Shown here piece after piece: positions 13,331 to 24,587 of a DNA stretch of 64,000 nt; position 1 is the stretch's first letter; each line of letters starts with the position of its first letter. Below the pieces are notes generated by a model. It was not told the origin of the DNA and searched no databases. It saw only the letters and a program-made list of their open reading frames with translations. Source of the stretch: Octopus sinensis (Eukaryota). Location: positions 7,378,001 to 7,442,000 of the forward strand of contig NC_043011.1 in assembly GCF_006345805.1 (NCBI RefSeq). The letters run 5' to 3'. Both the position numbers and the translations under genes were made by a program.

Positions 13331-14604
13331 AAAAGCACCATATATATTATAATGGAGACATCTGCTTATTAATTATGATTAGGTATGTAACAATTAGTAA
13401 AAGTACTAAAAGAAAGCAATTATTAAAGGGTTGGCTGCCTGGAAATATTTTCATAAATTCATGTTCTAAGAAATTCCCTATAATTTCCATTTCTTACGGT
13501 TATTGAATTTTTTAAACTCCAATTTCTCGTAAATTTAAATATTCATTGCATTCGCTGCGGAGTATACCATTTTCATTTTTCTGTCACTTTCTCTTTTAAG
13601 TTTTAATTCACAATTTGAAAAACTGATAATCTATACGTAATGTAAAAACATTATTTATTGAATGAAAATGTTTAAAAATACCCGTATAATTTTTTAACAT
13701 GTGATAACTGTGAGAAGAGCCTAGAAAATTGGGTAATTAGTATTAGAAGACGAGGAGCAAAACGTGTTACTGACAAGCACCCGAAACTTGTACCTTCTTC
13801 ATGGTTTCCAAACATTCTATACCACTAAGCCAATATATTCACAAAGCCGTGGGAACGTGCATTTGTAAGCGCAAGTACATCAGGTTTACAAGGCTGCGCT
13901 CCACTAGCTTTTCCATGCCCTTGAACATCCCGTAAAGTAAGTTAGCTTAAAGTTAGTTAATTAGTTCAATATATATATTGCAACATACCTCCAAACATTT
14001 GATCATATATAAATATTACCATGGTTCTTAAAAGTATACAAAAAGCACAAAAGGTAAATATACTATATATTTTCATCAAAAATCGCCCTAAAGTTGATTT
14101 CCTACATGTTTTATTGGATAAACTTATTATTGTCCCAGGTACGTTCTCATAAATTCATCATGCTTTGCCATCTAGATTTACCTCCAGTTAACCCATTTGC
14201 ATGCATCGTTTTTCTCCTGCTTGTCTTCCGTCAACCTGTACATAACTGCACCTTCCATTTTCTGTTGTTTTTGTACTGCTTAAAGGCACGTTTCTTGCCA
14301 GCCAAGCTTACTGTTTCAACCATGTTTGTGTTCTCCCAGTCAACAGCCTTATCATTATTGGTACTTTAAACTCTTCGGTTGCATATTTGTGTGAATAAAA
14401 TCGTTTTTCTTTGGAATAGAAAAAAGGTCTATCTTTATTTCTTCTTTTGCTGGTGTCTCAAATTTAGGATAAATTAGTGTTTCTTAAAGGGGAGGCCTAT
14501 GGAGCAGTCGGACAAGTTGTTTTGAGAAAATTTGGTTTAAATGTTTGACAACTCAGCACCGTCCATTGGAGGGGGGGGTCGTTTTGCTCGTACACACACA
14601 CATA

Positions 14605-15450
14605 TATTGTTGTATTTAGGAATGGTCATTTTGCCAGTTTAGCCAATAAAAACACACGGGATCTTTTCCTTTTGAACGGCAGTTTGTAACATAATTTCTA
14701 GGTAACTAAAAAGTTTTAAACTTCGTATACTGGTAGAATGTGTTTATAAAACATCATTTTCTCTTGGTTTTATTGAAAAAATTCTATAGTTTGTAAGATA
14801 TTTCGTCTGAAAATCTGAGCATTTCGGCAATTTTAGCCAATCGATTACCTCTATTCAACTAAAATCATTTGCTGCGTCTAAAACTGAGACAACATTCTGT
14901 AACTAACCCTAACCCTAAATTTTTTTTCTTGATTGTTAAATTAATTTAATTGTTACACGTGTAAAAAAAAAACTAAAGCAATGGAAAATAATTTAAACAA
15001 TTAACAAACAAAATAATTCTATAAGGGAAGGGTACCTCTTTTTTTCTTTGCAAATGTAAATAAACCCAATCTGTTTCTTAAACAAGGGACATATTCATAC
15101 AGCACGGTATGTTTTGACTCCAAATGGACGTATTTGATTGGTTAAAATTGCCGAAATGCTCGATTTTTAAGTGGAAATATGTTACAAACTATAGAATTTT
15201 CTCAATAAAGCCAAGAAAAAATGATGTTTTATAAACACATTCTACCAGTATACGAAGTTTTAAAGTGTTTAGTTAACTAGAAATTGTCTGCCGTTCAAAA
15301 GGAAAAGATCCAACACACGCACTATATATTTGGCCGAAATAAGATTTAGATTAATGTACAAAATAAATAACGCTGAAGCAAAGTAACACCAAATATATAG
15401 TGTGTGTGTTTTTATTGGCTAAACTGACAAAATGACCATTCCTAAATGCA
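14605..15450. repeat. Older hairpin element interrupted by the 14659-15311 MITE
   Basis: Removing the MITE restores a ~70-bp arm (tttaggaatggtcattttg...ctatatatttgg) inverted to 15378-15450. Confidence 0.7.
14659..15311. mobile_element. MITE with ~185-bp TIRs (GGATCTTTTCCTTTTGAACGGCAG) and an 8-bp TSD
   Basis: TSD aacacacg at 14651-14658 and 15312-15319. An 8-bp TSD with GG termini fits Merlin or hAT; superfamily not resolved. Confidence 0.85.
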
Positions 15451-15610
15451 ATATCTGTTTCAACACACGATTTCACTTCAAAAATCTTGCAAAACAAATA
15501 TATATATATATATAATTTTAATCCAAAAGGGAAACAAAAAAACAACAACAACAGGAACAATTACAGTATTATTATTAATAGGCGCTCAGGAGATGGAAGC
15601 AGGGAGGTAT

Positions 15611-15637
15611 GACGTTTCGAGCGGAGCTCTTCGTCGG
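15611..15637 (-). ncRNA. HHR-like motif with CCGACGA core
   Basis: CCGACGA A GAGC ucc GCUC GAAA CG UC: extra A after A9, stem III ACGU; stem I poorly supported. Confidence 0.45.
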
Positions 15638-16242
15638 AAACATAAAGAAGGAAGAGAGAGGAAAGAAAGATCCCAGAGCGGGCAACAGGGAAAGAGAAAA
15701 AAGACGACTGGTGTTTACGAGTTGCACATGGTGAAGGCGGATGTTGACGATAACAAGAGCAAAGTGGGTTTTTAAAGGCAAAGAGTGGAGACAAGGTGGT
15801 AACCCAACAGATGTGTGTGTATGTGTGAGTGTGTGCATGTGCGTGTGTGTATGTGTGTGTGTGAGGCGAGATGAAAAAACAAAAAAAAATAATGGTGTGT
15901 TAGTGTGTGCGTCTGTGTGTAGGCGTGTGAGGTAGGGCGAGACTAGTGGTCAGCTAGCAGACAAGAAAAAGAAGGAAGGGAGAAGGGAGGTCAGTAGTAG
16001 AAAAAGAAGGAAGGAAGGAAGGAGGGAGGGGAAGGGGTGGGGGCGTATGTAGCGTGCCAGCGTGTGTTGAGTAGTAGTGTGTGTGTGTGTCCAGTGTCGT
16101 GGTGGTATTAATGAGTAGATTGAATGTGTGTAAGAGTGATGTATATATATAGGCAAGGTGTGTATATGTGTGCGCGTGTGTGTAACGAAAAAAGGGGGGG
16201 GGGTTAAGGAAAAAGGACTCCAGCTGAGGGGAAGATGGAAGA

Positions 16243-16279
<37 letters not shown>

Positions 16280-16336
16280 ATTGATCATAGAACAAACATC
16301 AAATTCGTGTCAACGACTTCATATATATTGCAACAT

Positions 16337-16774
16337 ACCTCCAAACATTTGATCATATATAAGTATTACCATGGTTCTTAAAAGTATACAAAAAGCACAA
16401 AAGGTAAAAAATATATATGTGAATAAAAATACAGATATTAGAACGGCCTATCAAGAAGCTATATACAATTGACTAAAAATCTAAATAAAATAAAATACCA
16501 ATTGACTAAAAACTTTTCTTTGTTACTCCCCTCAAACAAAAAAGTTTCTTTCATAAAAACCATGTTAGGTCGGTCCAACCTTTATTTTATTTAGATTTTT
16601 AGTCGCATGACACGTTTTAGAATTTTTAGTCAATTGTTTATACCTTCTTGATAGACCGTTCTAATATCTGTATTTTTATTTGAATATATATTTTTTTACC
16701 TTCTGTGTTTTTTTGTATACTTTATATGTTTAAGAACTATGGTAATATTTATATATGATCAAATGTTTGGAGGT
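16337..16774. repeat. Foldback element, ~440 bp; a ~90-bp direct copy of its left arm lies at 13971-14060
   Basis: acctccaaacatttgatcatatata...aagaacc mirrored at 16690-16774; inner arms tacagatattagaacgg / ccgttctaatatctgta. Confidence 0.75.
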
Positions 16775-18744
16775 AAGATTAATACACACACACACACACA
16801 CACTCCTCTCTCTGAACTTTTTGTCGAGATTTAAAAGAATGAATGAAAAGGCCGGGTGTTCGACACCAGTACCTGGTCAGGTATTTATTTACCCCTGCTA
16901 CAGAAAACAGAAAAAAAATTACCGCATCAATTTCTTTTTATTGAGGCAGCATAATTATCTATACCCTTCCTAGTTCGCCTGTAAAGGATCGAATGCAGCA
17001 CAAATCCGTAGACAAGAAGATACGCAGGACTGCCCCAGGTTTTGCTCCACCCCCTCCGTTTTCCCACACACGAGGTCAAGATGATTCCAACGAAAAAAAA
17101 AAAAGAAAAAATGCAGGGAGACGAGGAATTTCCAAAGTTCCTCTCCCCTCTGTTTTCCACGGGAAAAAATGCCATTCCGACAGCTTATGAGGTCAACTAA
17201 GACGATTGCACTAAAAAAATAAATAAATAAAACGCGGGAAAAAATTATTTACTATCGAAATTGAGTTTGGTGTAAAACTAAATTTGACAAATTTTTTTTT
17301 GCTCAGTGCCTGGTTTATTATGGTGCGGCTGTGGACGTTGCTGTAGTTTATCAGAAAATATTTAGCTTATATCGTTTAATGTTATCTTCATACAATTTTA
17401 AATACAGGTCATATGCTGGGAAACTGAAGTTTTAACTATTTCACATGCCAACCACTTAATGGTTTGCATTAATGGACTTGTCAACTGGAAGATAGGAAGG
17501 GCAGCCATAACTGAATTGCATTTAGCAGTATCAGGTGTCGTGTATTATTTGTCTTGTTCCACTCACGATGTTTCTAAGAATTGCTTGTCTGATTTATAAA
17601 GAAATAGGAGAACGAATGAAGAATAAGCCAACAGATCAGGATTCCAGAGAAATTAGTGAAGATCAACCTCCCTCCATCGCCCCTCAGTACTAAGACGAAC
17701 CAATGAGAGAAGTCTGTGCGTGATCGTTGCACCTGCTTGAAATAGCAGCCAAATTTATCTTAAATGACACTCTATAGTTGTCAAAAACAAAACAAAAAAA
17801 CAACAACAATGGTTTGTGCATGTGTGTGACGAAGTTTATATTAGAAAATGAAAATAGAAATAAGTCACAGGTAAATTTTTACCTACGCTCGTTTCATGAG
17901 ACGGGCGTCATTGTTGAGGAAGGGCTTTCGAAATAGTAAACTTCTCATGGAGAAAGGAGGGACAAAGAATTGGGTGGTTCTTTTGTTTTGTTACAGTCAT
18001 TTGACTGCGGCCATGCCGGAGCACCGCCTTTAGTCGAGCAAATCCACCCCAGGACTTATTCTTTGTAAGCCTAGTACTTATTCTATCGGTGTCTTTGCCG
18101 AACCGCTAAGTGACTGAGACGTGAACACACCAGCATCAGTTGTCAAGCGATGTTGGGGAGGACAAGCACAGATACACATACATACATACATGTATGTGTG
18201 TGTGTATATATATATATATGGCGATCTTTCGGTACAAGTACCATAACTGCCAATTATAAACCCACGTGGGTTTATTTAAAAAAATATCTTTTTCCTGGAA
18301 GTTAGGAGGAAACAAAGTCGGTGTGGGGGCACACTTGTGTAGGTAAACCCAGCGCTAGACAAGCAAATACATATCAAAGAAATTCCAACAGCGACCATCT
18401 CGTATTTCTAAGTAAATTTTTACTACGTTCCACTCGTCACATGAGACGTCTGTAAATTGTAAACATTTACCGGAAAAGAGCAGGAAATTGTGGGTGGGGA
18501 AAATGCCAAGAACAAAAACATTGTTTCACAGAAGTAAACAACCAGGAGGAGGAGGAGTGGATGTGTGGTAAGTAGCTTGCTTACCAGCCACATGGTTCCG
18601 GGTTCTATTATAGCCACGGGCCGACCAAAGCCTTGTGAGTGGATTTGGTAGACGGAAACTGAAAGAAACCCGTCGTATATGTAAATATATATATACATAC
18701 ATACATACAGATATACATACAGATATATATACATATATATATAT

Positions 18745-18799
<55 letters not shown>

Positions 18800-19249
18800 A
18801 TTTATTGAAATGGATAAATGAATTATCTTGTTACGGATTATTCAAATTATAACCGATACCTGGGTAGCAAAAATCACAACAGAAAAATCACGGTTGAGGT
18901 TACGACCATATATATATATATATGTATATATATACTAGCATTATGACCTGTCGTTGCCGGGTCATAGTGCTAGTGCATGTATATATGTGTATATATATGT
19001 GTACATATTACATGTACATCTATATATACATCTACACATAAAATACAAACTTATATCTTGATATCGCTAGTGATAACAATACTCAAAATATATAACAGAC
19101 TGGAATTGTAAGCCCGTCTCTTGCAATTTCGATCAATTGTATCTTGTCCTCCCTCTTGTATAGAAGTGTGGCTACAATCCAGCCTACCTCTACTGCTAGG
19201 GCGGGCGGCATTTTAAATTTTTATCCGGGACGTCCTACGTCCCAGATAT

Positions 19250-19374
19250 AAAGGTAAAAATAAAATATTTCCACTTTGCATGCTCCGTTGACTTGAACCT
19301 TGCTTCTATTGTGGCGAATTTACCGCCTCTGGTTAGATATCTTTCATAGTCGCACCAAGACACTTTTCGATGGT
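19250..19374 (-). pseudogene. Host Tx1 ORF1 remnant, downstream half (STIEKCLGATMKDI..TRGGKFATIEARFKSTEHAK)
   Basis: Manual translation aligns with IEKCLGDIMKKATFVDRGKKYGTVEVRC (ORF1-only element) and IENCLKPLMDKITYINRGKRYGTVEVRF (autonomous element). Confidence 0.7.
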
Positions 19375-19633
19375 GCTTTCCTCCAGGTTGTTTTATTATT
19401 ACCCACAAGGGGCGAACATAGATGGGACAATACAATCTGATGTGGGGTCAGACACACGAATGGATTTTTACAATAAATCGAATTTAAAAATTTACATGAA
19501 ATTACAAAATAGACACAAAATCGAATGATGGAACAGACCGGAAGACATTACGGGTGGAGTGGGTGCGGGTTTCGCTCGGACCCCACGAGCCCCGCCTCCC
19601 CACTGATACTTTTGGTTACGCTTGGTCTTACAT

Positions 19634-22600
19634 TTATGTTGTATCATTCACTCGCAACTTTCGTGCTACATCTTTCCATCGTTCTTCATACACTCTCCTA
19701 GTCAGGCATATTCTCTCCAGCCCTATCTTCCTTTTCAGGTGAAAGATGAAATAATTCATCAAACCAGGGCCGGAGATGAACTTGCCTGACTGTAGACCTT
19801 TCATTCTCGTCTTCCATATCACCTCTTTCGCAATTGCTACTACACGAGAAAACAAAACTTACCTTCTTTCGCGAGGAAATCCGGTGGGTCAATTTTTGTA
19901 ATCGACTCAGTCGACAGCTGTACTCTTCGTGTACCTGACAACAGCTGTTCGGCATAAACCCACACCTCAGACACGTCCGGACAATGAACAATAGCGTGCG
20001 GGACGGTTTCCCTATCCCGCCCGCATCTTGGACATATCGGACTGTCTTGGCCACCGTGCCTTGCGAGTTTATCCCGAACAGGTAGAGCTCCTCTGTAGCA
20101 TTGCCATGCCAGAGACTTCTGGAAGTTGTCCAGTGTCTTCGGCTCGAACGTACGTCGGAACAGACTGGCCAGCTGATTATCGTCGAGACCTAGGGTTTCC
20201 CCCAAGGTATCTTCACATTCCGCCTCTACCAACCCTCTATAGAAGAATGTGGTGGAACCCTCACCGCAGGCGTTGCCCGAGCGACGGAATAGCAGGAGAG
20301 CCTTGCGACACTCCGTGTACCAAGTGCCAAGTTTCGATCTACGATTCAGCCAGGTTTCCCATCCACCGAAACTAGTGAACTTGGGAAACATCAGTTTTGC
20401 TAGCAGAGACCACACCCGTTCATCATCCAGGTAGAGCCACAGATGTCTTAACCTCAGCGCATGTCTGCGCATCATCAGCCAAGGCATCCCTAGCCCACCC
20501 TTTAACGGTTGTTGACAGCAAGTAGAGCGTTTCACAAGTGGTTTCCCGCCCTTCCACAAGAAGTAGAAGAGCTGTCTTTCCAACTTGATCAACCACAAAT
20601 CAGGGCAAGGAACGATGGAAAGGCGGTAGGTGATAACCGATGCGATAAACACATTGGCCACCTCCGCCCTCCCTTTCAGGGATAGCCACCGCCAAGACCA
20701 GATCTTGGTTACTGCAGCCACCCTGCTCGATACCTCGCCCCAATTCTTCTCTATTTGGAGGTCTGGACCGAACCAGACCCCTAGCAATTTAATCGGACCC
20801 TCCGTCCAACGTCCCTGTCAGGAGGCATCGACTTGCCTCTCCAGGTGCCGAGTTGCAAGCCGACTGACTTTTCGCGATTAACTTTTGCTCCTGTCACCGT
20901 CTCGTAACCCTCTATGGCCTTGCCTACTTTACGTAGGTGGTCCATTTTGGTTACGATGATGGTGATGTCATCCGCGTACGCTGACACCGATTTTCCACTA
21001 CCTGGCTGTCTCGGGATGCCGCTCAGTTTTCGCAGTAATGGCTCAAGAGCCATCACATACAAAAGCGGGGAGAGCGGACACCCTTGATGAACCGAGCGCT
21101 TGATTTTGAACGGCTTCGACAAGAAGCCGTTCACCCGAACTACCGAGTCGATGTTATCGTAAATTTGGATAATCCACCTGAGGAAGCCAAGGCTCAGCCC
21201 GAACTGTGCCAGAGCAGATACCAGGTAACGATGGTCAACCCTATCAAATGCTTTAGATTGGTCTAATTGGACCAGTGCCCCACCCTTGCCAGAATCGCTA
21301 TTAAACCCCTCTATAGTGTACCACATAAGATGGAGATTATCCTGAATGGTTCTGCCAGGAACGGCACATGTCTGTGCCTCCCCGATCAGACCATCCGCGA
21401 CACGTGCCAATCTTTTCGATAACACTTTGGCCAAAATCTTCAACTCTGTGTTTAGCAGAGTGATGGGCCTGAAATTATCAATGCACTCCCCCTTGTTCGT
21501 GTCCTTTCTGACGAGTGTCACTACTCCCCGGCGCACAGATCTGGGTATAAGCCCGTTCTGCTGCCAGTTCGCATAGACCTCCGCCAGTAGGTGCCTGAAC
21601 AAGTCTGGCATACTCTTATATAACTCATAGGGTAGACCATCTAAACCCGGCGCCTTGCCCGCGCCACAGTCCGCCATTGCCTCAACCACTTCCTCAGGCG
21701 TGATTGGCCCTTCACAGCCCTCCGCATCTCGCCCTGATAAGCGCGGCAGCCCGTCGAGTAGGTCCGTAAAGGCCCTCCTCCTATCCAGTCCGCCGCACTA
21801 ACCGAAAAGCTGAGCGAAGTGCTCCTGAAAGGCCTCACACATCTCCTTGGGCTCGTTTATCAACTCACCTTGTTGGTTCGTCAAAGATCGAATCGTGGCA
21901 TCGTTACCATGCTGTGCTTCCACCACTCGGGCCCATCTCACGGCGTTGATTCCTTCACAACCCATATGGCGGATCCTAGCCCTGACAATGCAGCCCATGT
22001 GTTTGGCCTCAAGGTGCTGGTTTAACACCAGTCTCTTGGACGCCACCTGAGCCGCAGAGCCAGTTTTCAAGGCTTCCTCTAATTCCTTAACTAGAGTAGT
22101 TTCCCTTCTAGCCTCTCTAGCCACTACTCCTATGCTATATCTAATTGACTCGAACTTGATGGCTCGTTTGAGGGCGTACCACCATTTGTTATTAATGATG
22201 GTACCAGATAGTGCCCTCTGAATTATATTCCTAATCCGGTCTTTGTACTCCTTAATCGCCAAAAGGGATGTATTAAGTTTCCAGTAACCGGATCCTCTAT
22301 TTTTAACCTTATCTATGTCAAGCTTACAGGTGACCATTTTATGATCACTGTAGCTGATCGGGTAAAACTGTGGACACTTAGCTATTTTTCTGTCTACTTT
22401 TCTAATTAGTATTCTATCTAAATATGACCTGGAAGATCCGTCGCTGTTTGACCATGTCCACAATGGAGCGTTCGGAAATTCCAGCCTATAAGGATCTGCT
22501 AGCTCAAAGCGGCTTAGCAGTTCCATGAAGCCACTGTTACCTTTTCTATCTGAACGCGAGCCAACACAATCTACATCCGCTTTGCAAATTGTGTTAAAGT

Positions 22601-23021
22601 CTCCTAGCACAACTAATGAATGCGAAGTACCAAGAAAGTTTTCTAGTTCACGAAAATAATCACTTTGCCCTGTACTGTTGGGTGCGTAAATTGCAACCAG
22701 TCTGATAACTTTACCGTTACTGAACGTCAAATCCATGACGACCAGCCTACCTTCTGGATCTGCAAAAATTAACTTTTTCTCAGAAACCCGGTTTCTTTTT
22801 ATTAGGACCAACACCCCACTTCCGCCAGTAGGACTGCCAGGAGAGAAAAAACTCTTGTAGCCGTCAAACAGCGGGAGCAGACCTCTTGGCCCCTCTAACC
22901 GGGTTTCTGTAGCAACAAGAACATCTAAATTACGCGACCTGATATCATGCAGGAAGCGACCTTGCTTCCAGCCTGCTCCCAGGCCGCGCACATTCAAACA
23001 ACCAACATAAATGTAATCCAT
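19634..23021 (-). pseudogene. Tx1 ORF2 (endonuclease-reverse transcriptase-zinc finger), about 3 frameshifts
   Basis: ORF pieces 21798-23021 (APE), 20781-21689 (RT), 19840-20787 and 19634-19855. The breaks are few and could include assembly indel errors. Confidence 0.9.
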
Positions 23022-23030
23022 TACTTACCT

Positions 23031-24357
23031 TTATATCAGTGGTTCGTTTTTTTCTTTTTCTTCTTTGTTTATCTCTTTTTCCGGGCCTTGTGGGGGAGTC
23101 TGACGTAGGCCCTCGAATATATATGGAGATGTTAAATCCATTCTGAGCGGACCCACAACATGAAAGAATTCGGACTTTATCCGCCCGTAATCCTTCCGGC
23201 CTATTCTGTAAACTATATAGTCATTCTTTTTCCCTATTTTTTCCACTTTGGCCATAGCTGCCAACACGTTCCCGAGTCTGTTGTTTGATGCCTTAACGGC
23301 CATATATCAGTTCATCGACTCTCTTTTCTTCTTTTGGATCACTCTTGGAGGGGTGGTTTCCGTTTTTCTTTTTTTTCTAGTGATTTTTGACCACCCCTCC
23401 TCATTGCTCTTTTTTTCCTCTGCCGCTGGTTCTGCTGCCTCTGTTACCTCCACACCTTCAGTCGTCCCTTCTGGGCTGCCCGGCGCTGCTTCTGGTGACA
23501 CTTCATCTTCTTTTCCACCTGGCTGAGGTGCTTCCTGCGGTTTGGGTTGGGGTTGGCATTCTGCCCTTACATGACCCTTCTTGCTGCAGCCGAAGCACCT
23601 CGGCTTTCTGCCCTCTACGAAAACTGTTATTCTCTCTTCTTCACTTATTTTAAGGGTTTCTGGAATCTCCTCCAGTGTTTGGATTTCTGCCTGAATGGCT
23701 ATTACTATCCGCTGCCCTATCCAGAATTCCTCCTCCTCTACTGTGGCCTGGAGGATGTTTATTTTTTCCTCCAGGCCTACCATGACTGCTGCCACCAGAC
23801 ATTCGGCATCTGTCTCTGGCGGAATGTTATTCATCGTGATTTTCGATGTTCTTTTTCCTCTATACAAGGGGAGGAGAACAATGTTCTCCGCTTTTATTGG
23901 CTCCATCGACAGTTTTTTTGCTATCTCCTCTGTTGTGAAACGCACCTCTACTGTGCCGTATCTCTTTCCTCTGTTGATGTATGTGATCTTGTCCATTAAT
24001 GGTTTTAAACAATTCTCGATTTTTTTTTTCCTCAATTTTTTGTATCATTTTGGTTGTCGTATTAAAGGTCTTATAGATTATTCTTCTTTTTTTTTTTCTT
24101 TCTTCATGTTTTTGGGCGTTTGAGACCACTGTCACTTCCGTGCCCTCTTTTGTAACACAGTCCGCATATTTTTTAAGTCATCGACGTTTATTTTTTTGAT
24201 TTTCTTACCAGCTACTTCTGAGAATTTTTTCGCTGGTGTTGGTGCTGGTGCAGGGTTTTCCTTTTTTCTTTGGCGCCACCGCCTCTTTTTTCTTTGGCGA
24301 CACCTCCGGAGATTCTTCTTCACTAGTCACGGGAGAATATGAGATGGGAGATTCCAT
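23031..24357 (-). pseudogene. Tx1 ORF1 (gag-like, zinc knuckle KPRCFGCSKKGHVRAEC), frameshifted in A-runs
   Basis: ORF-track pieces 24132-24323, 23860-24135, 23307-24035 and 23031-23303 link by homopolymer frameshifts; ends 10 bp before the ORF2 ATG. Confidence 0.8.
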
Positions 24358-24587
24358 CTCGAACAACTGGCTTAACAAGCCCTTGGTAAATTCAAGATAA
24401 ATGGTATTTTTTCCCCCACGAAGGGGGGAACACCACCACAGAGTCCTCGCACGAAGGCTGACTTCAACAGTTGTACAACAATAAACAAAGACAGGTAGAC
24501 ACACAGTAGAATATAACGGAGAGAATAAATACGACGGCAAAATATAATAACTTACTATACACGCAATTAGCTTTCCTCCAGGTTGTT

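Larger units (their letters stand above)
19393..24569 (-). mobile_element. Near full-length Tx1/L1-clade LINE (ORF1 + ORF2), about 5.2 kb
   Basis: ORF1 has a CCHC knuckle. ORF2 has APE (LNVRG, ETRL, GDFN, YLDRIL, SDH), RT (KAFDRVDH, QGCPLSP, YADD) and a C-terminal CPRC...H...C. Flanked by an identical 18-bp TSD (gctttcctccaggttgtt) at 19375-19392 and 24570-24587. Confidence 0.93.

Noticed and set aside
13801-13936. MVSKHSIPLSQYIHKAVGTCICKRKYIRFTRLRSTSFSMPLNIP followed by a strong gtaagt donor, as candidate MLYCD exon 1 (transit-peptide-like, no acidic residues)
   Set aside because: An in-frame TAA precedes the donor and the phase does not fit exon A without an indel. The minus strand of 13780-14340 also shows faint Academ-like transposase traces. 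RNA-seq is needed.
15720-15745. Kozak-like cgccttcaccATGtgcaactc|gtaaac on minus, as the first exon of a neighbouring gene
   Set aside because: It lies within a segment ending in the HHR-like motif at 15611-15637, so it is more likely repeat-derived; no downstream exons were found.
16960-17250. Possible 5' UTR/promoter of a minus-strand gene, or the MLYCD promoter
   Set aside because: Unique-looking sequence, but no supportable ORF, splice partner or core promoter motif.
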